This document shows, one piece after another, positions 60,515 through 64,000 of a stretch of DNA of 64,000 nucleotides. Both the position numbers and the translations under genes were made by a program. The notes under the pieces were generated by a model. It saw nothing but the letters and a program-made list of their open reading frames with translations. It searched no databases and had not been told where the DNA came from. This DNA comes from Macrostomum lignano (taxonomy: Eukaryota): the NCBI GenBank assembly GCA_002269645.1, contig NIVC01002065.1, positions 62,001-126,000 of the forward strand. Reading direction: 5' to 3'. Position 1 is the first letter of the stretch. Each line of letters begins with the position of its first letter.

Positions 60515-62177
60515 TTAAGGTTGCTTCTCCGACAGCACGGACCAGATGAAGTCTTTTAAGTCGGCCATCTCCTGAAATGGATATTTATATAGGCTTTACA
60601 TGTGTATAGAATGAATAGCACGTCAATGGTCGGTGATCAAAACTGAAAATGTATAGTCTGTATTCTCAGTCTGAGTTGAATCTATAAAAGCCTAGCTATA
60701 AGGGTTCAGGTGAAATCCAGTGAGTCAACTAATTATAAATACATGTAGCTGTATTCGTTCATTGGGGATGGAAACGGTGCATGAAGATGGACGCTCAAGA
60801 AGGTACGAGCTAATTAAACCGTTGCGGTACACTGCATGGTAGCTACAGGTATGTACACTGACTGATTTTCTTAAAGTTGCACAGACACGATTGAACCAGC
60901 TACAGGTACAGGTCTCGCTTTGCACAAGACTACAAGAGATAGAAAATAGGAAGAGAATGAACAAGACTAAAATAATGCAACCTTGTTGCCGTAGTTTAAT
61001 CTGCCATGCAGGGTCAGGGGGGTCAGAGGATCAAGAGACAATCTTAACGGCTACATCGTTGGCTGCAGATTGACTACAGCCAGAAGTTGCATCTACCTTG
61101 CACATTGGTTAAAATAGCAAGCAACGCCAGGAGGTTGAGAACTCGCCTGATTGCCATTGCAGTGCTCCAGTCCTGGGTAGACGTGATACCGCAGATCGGT
61201 CACGCCCAGCTTCTCCCGCATCAGCTGGCCAGCTGTCCGGCTTCTCTCTGGCAGCACAACTTCGTCGGCGTCGCCGTGGGCGAGGAACACGGGCGGCTGC
61301 GACTGGCCGCTGCCCGAAGCGACACCGCCTGCAGAGTTTGTAGCTGTGGATTAGCGATTGCAATGCCGCTCTCCGACATGGAGCATTAGTACAGCGGTCC
61401 TGACTTTCTCGTAGTAAAGGTATTCATATTTTAATGATTGCGCCATATGGGACAACGCAATTGGCTTTGTTGCATTTAAAATTGATAGAAGATCGAACCT
61501 GGGTTTAGATTTAGAAATAAGATTTGAAGAAGTGTATGGAGAACAAGTATTTGATGGAGAATTGGAGATGTTTGAAATTATTATGAAACAGTGTAAAGTA
61601 GTATTACACTCATCAACTATCAAAAGACCAACTCTCACTTTCACCTGGTTTACAACTCTACATCTAGCTAATAAGCCCCAAGCTATACGAACGAAACTGC
61701 CCTTTAGAGAGACGTTTGTTCAAGTGGCGATCTTTGCCAATACCCTTAAGCTCGTGTTATTCCTGCAGGGTGAAAAATATTGAAAATGCAGATCGAAAAT
61801 CGAGCCACGTCCTGACTCCGCTTTTACCCTATTACTGTTATAATGTAAGGCAAGAGCTCATTGGGAACCCATTGAACACAGTAGGAACACCTACTGAACC
61901 AGTCAGAAAGGTTATCTAAAAGTTAACAAAAAATTAAACAGTCGCGCCTACACTCAGTCTTGCCGTCCGCCTGCTCCATCAGCGGCAGGTAGCAGGACAG
62001 GCCAACAAGGCCAGCCAGGCGGCAGCTCAAACCTCCAGCGAGTCCCGCGTACAGGGCGAGCGCGCCGCCCTGGGAGAAGCCACCAAGGAGTAGCCGGCCG
62101 GTCGACGGCAACGCGGCGACTTCGGCTGCTAGCAGCCGGTTCAAACTGCTGACAGCTTCGGCTACGCTGGATGGGTC
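60515..62177 (-). CDS. LYPLA: Acyl-protein thioesterase / lysophospholipase (LYPLA1/2 family), last three exons (62177-61964 or 61952, 61328-61147, 60571-60515); 5' part upstream
   Basis: LLLGGFSQGGALALY, GLSCYLPL, FLAHGDADEVV, YPGLEH, EMADLKDFI; Ser-Asp-His triad present. Confidence 0.9.
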
Positions 62178-62296
62178 CTGGATCGAGTTTACAGGCATGG
62201 CAACAATCAGGTGGAAGCGCAAAGCGGGGAAATCGACCAGAGAGTTACCAAGGGTCTTGTGGATTATTGGTTTCTAAAGCATTAAAAATGGAACTA

Positions 62297-63667
62297 CGAG
62301 GGGTGTCCAAAAGTAGTGATACTTTTAACCGTAGCTCTAGTTCTATAGTTTCCTGTGATTTAAAGTTTTATGAACTGATAGCGGCAAATCTCTTCTACAG
62401 ACTGCTTTTTGAATTTAAAAAATTGATACTAGAGAACAAAAGTTATATCCTACCTGTACCATAGATTTACACAAACTATATCGAAATTTATAATAGTCAA
62501 CTTCTGCACTCATTCATTAAGAAGGCATCGATAAATGTCTTGTTTAAGCAAAGCCCAACTGCAAAATGATGCTCACTGTGACTGACTGAAATTTGTCTAT
62601 GGACAAGATCATGCGCAGAAAAATAAAGCATTTAATTCATTACTTTACTTGCAAACAGAGGAGCTTGCATTTTGCGATTCGTTCATGATTTCATTGCCCA
62701 TACTCGACAACACACATGGATGTGCACTCAGTTGTTGCTCAGCAAAGTTGACAATCGATATGAGAAAATGGACAATCAAAATGAAAACAGCCGTAGATCT
62801 GCATGCAGCAGCTCAGCTCAGCTTCGCAGCAGCTGCGGCTTAGGCCATAGACTTTTGACGATCGAAATGAGAATTGGACAATCAAAATGGCAACGCGCGG
62901 TTAGTTTAGCGAGGCAGCACATTTAAGCATTAGCCAGCCATCTTTCTTAGCCATCTCTCCAGTTTGCTGGTGATGGCACCACCTGTGAATCCAGATGACA
63001 GACGTCGGCTCATCGAGGCACACCGGTCAAGGACGCAGCAATAATCCTTCAGCTGTCAAGTTCAACTGCTCATCGCATCGTGAGGCTGTACAGGAATGCA
63101 TACAGATCTACGGCTGTTTTCATTTTGATTGTCCATTTTCTCATATTGATTGTCAAAACCAATACCATCTTCACTCTTTGGGGCGCTGGCCATAGAGCCT
63201 CAGAAATTCACGCAAAACTTTGCTCTGCGCACGGATCCTCTGCGGTCAGCAAAATGACAGTTTATCGATAGATGGAGCAGTTCAGCAAGGGAACGACTGA
63301 CTTGGCAGATCAGCATCGGACGTGGCGGCCATACGTTCATCGACCTGATCTACTGGCGGACTCCATTCTGGATCTTCTTGACCATTAGAGAGATCGCTGA
63401 CAGGTTGGACAAGCCGAAATCAACAATTCATCGAAGCTTACTCGGCATGGATCTCGTGAAACTCAGCCTATAATTTGTGTAACTCTATGGTACAGGTACT
63501 GTTTCTTTCGTGGGTATAACTTTTGTTCTCTAGTATCAATTTTTTAAATTCAAAAAGCAGTCTGTAGAAGAGATTTGCCGCTATCAGTTCATAAAATGTT
63601 TAATCACAGGAAGCTATAGAACGAGAGCAACGGTTAAAAGTATCACTACTTTTTGGTACTTCCCTAC
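62297..63667 (+). mobile_element. Internally deleted mariner element in a LYPLA intron
   Basis: About 150-170-bp TIRs (62297-62464 and 63485-63667) starting TA|CGAGGGGTGTCCAAAAGT; HTH relic ASEIHAKLCSAHGSSAVSKMTVYR*...DQHRTWRP. Confidence 0.85.
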
Positions 63668-64000
63668 TACTACAAATGCTGCTACATCATCAAAAATAAC
63701 AATCAAGTAATAAGTTTCTGCAATTCAGACTGTAATTTTACTCAGCAGCGCCTTAACTTACGCTTACGTCATGCGGAACGGAAGTTAAGCAATGCCATTG
63801 AGGATTCAGTAACGTGTAAATAAAGGTTAATGACTTCTGTGCCTCTTGATAGAACAAGTAAATTGAGGGGTTGCTGAGTATATTTAATATCTCATGAAAG
63901 AAAACAGATTTCATAAAGTAGCTACTCATTTGAGGCTGTAGCAAGAATTTTCAGATGAATTCAAGCTCCCAAAGTCTAATACTTTTCGAGAGGCAGGAGG

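Overview
Eukaryotic (metazoan) genomic DNA with GC-rich exons and introns packed with minisatellites. This texture best fits a free-living flatworm such as Macrostomum (inference, not proven). Gene models were assembled by hand from GT/GC-AG sites with phase checks: an EGFR-family receptor tyrosine kinase (-), a secreted cystine-knot-like protein (-), an SLC16/MCT transporter (+), a phospholipid scramblase (+) with an intronless RPL18a nested antisense in intron 2, RPL37 (-), a TTLL10-like tubulin glycylase (-), a 3-exon gene fusing a basic head and an acidic 11-aa repeat to a divergent profilin domain (-), a frameshifted DBF4-like gene (-), a short F-spondin-like gene (+) and a LYPLA1/2-type thioesterase (-, 5'-incomplete). 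Mobile DNA includes a very young 1.1-kb LTR element (TRIM-like) nested in a TIR element, a Penelope-like fragment with a minimal hammerhead ribozyme, two mariner relics, a CORE-type SINE, a second SINE-like family and a MITE. The most striking observations are the profilin fusion gene, a 2.6-kb nearly CpG-free block, a minisatellite whose last unit appears to supply a splice acceptor, and the divergent cystine-knot protein. All alignments quoted are by eye from remembered family motifs; no database search was run.
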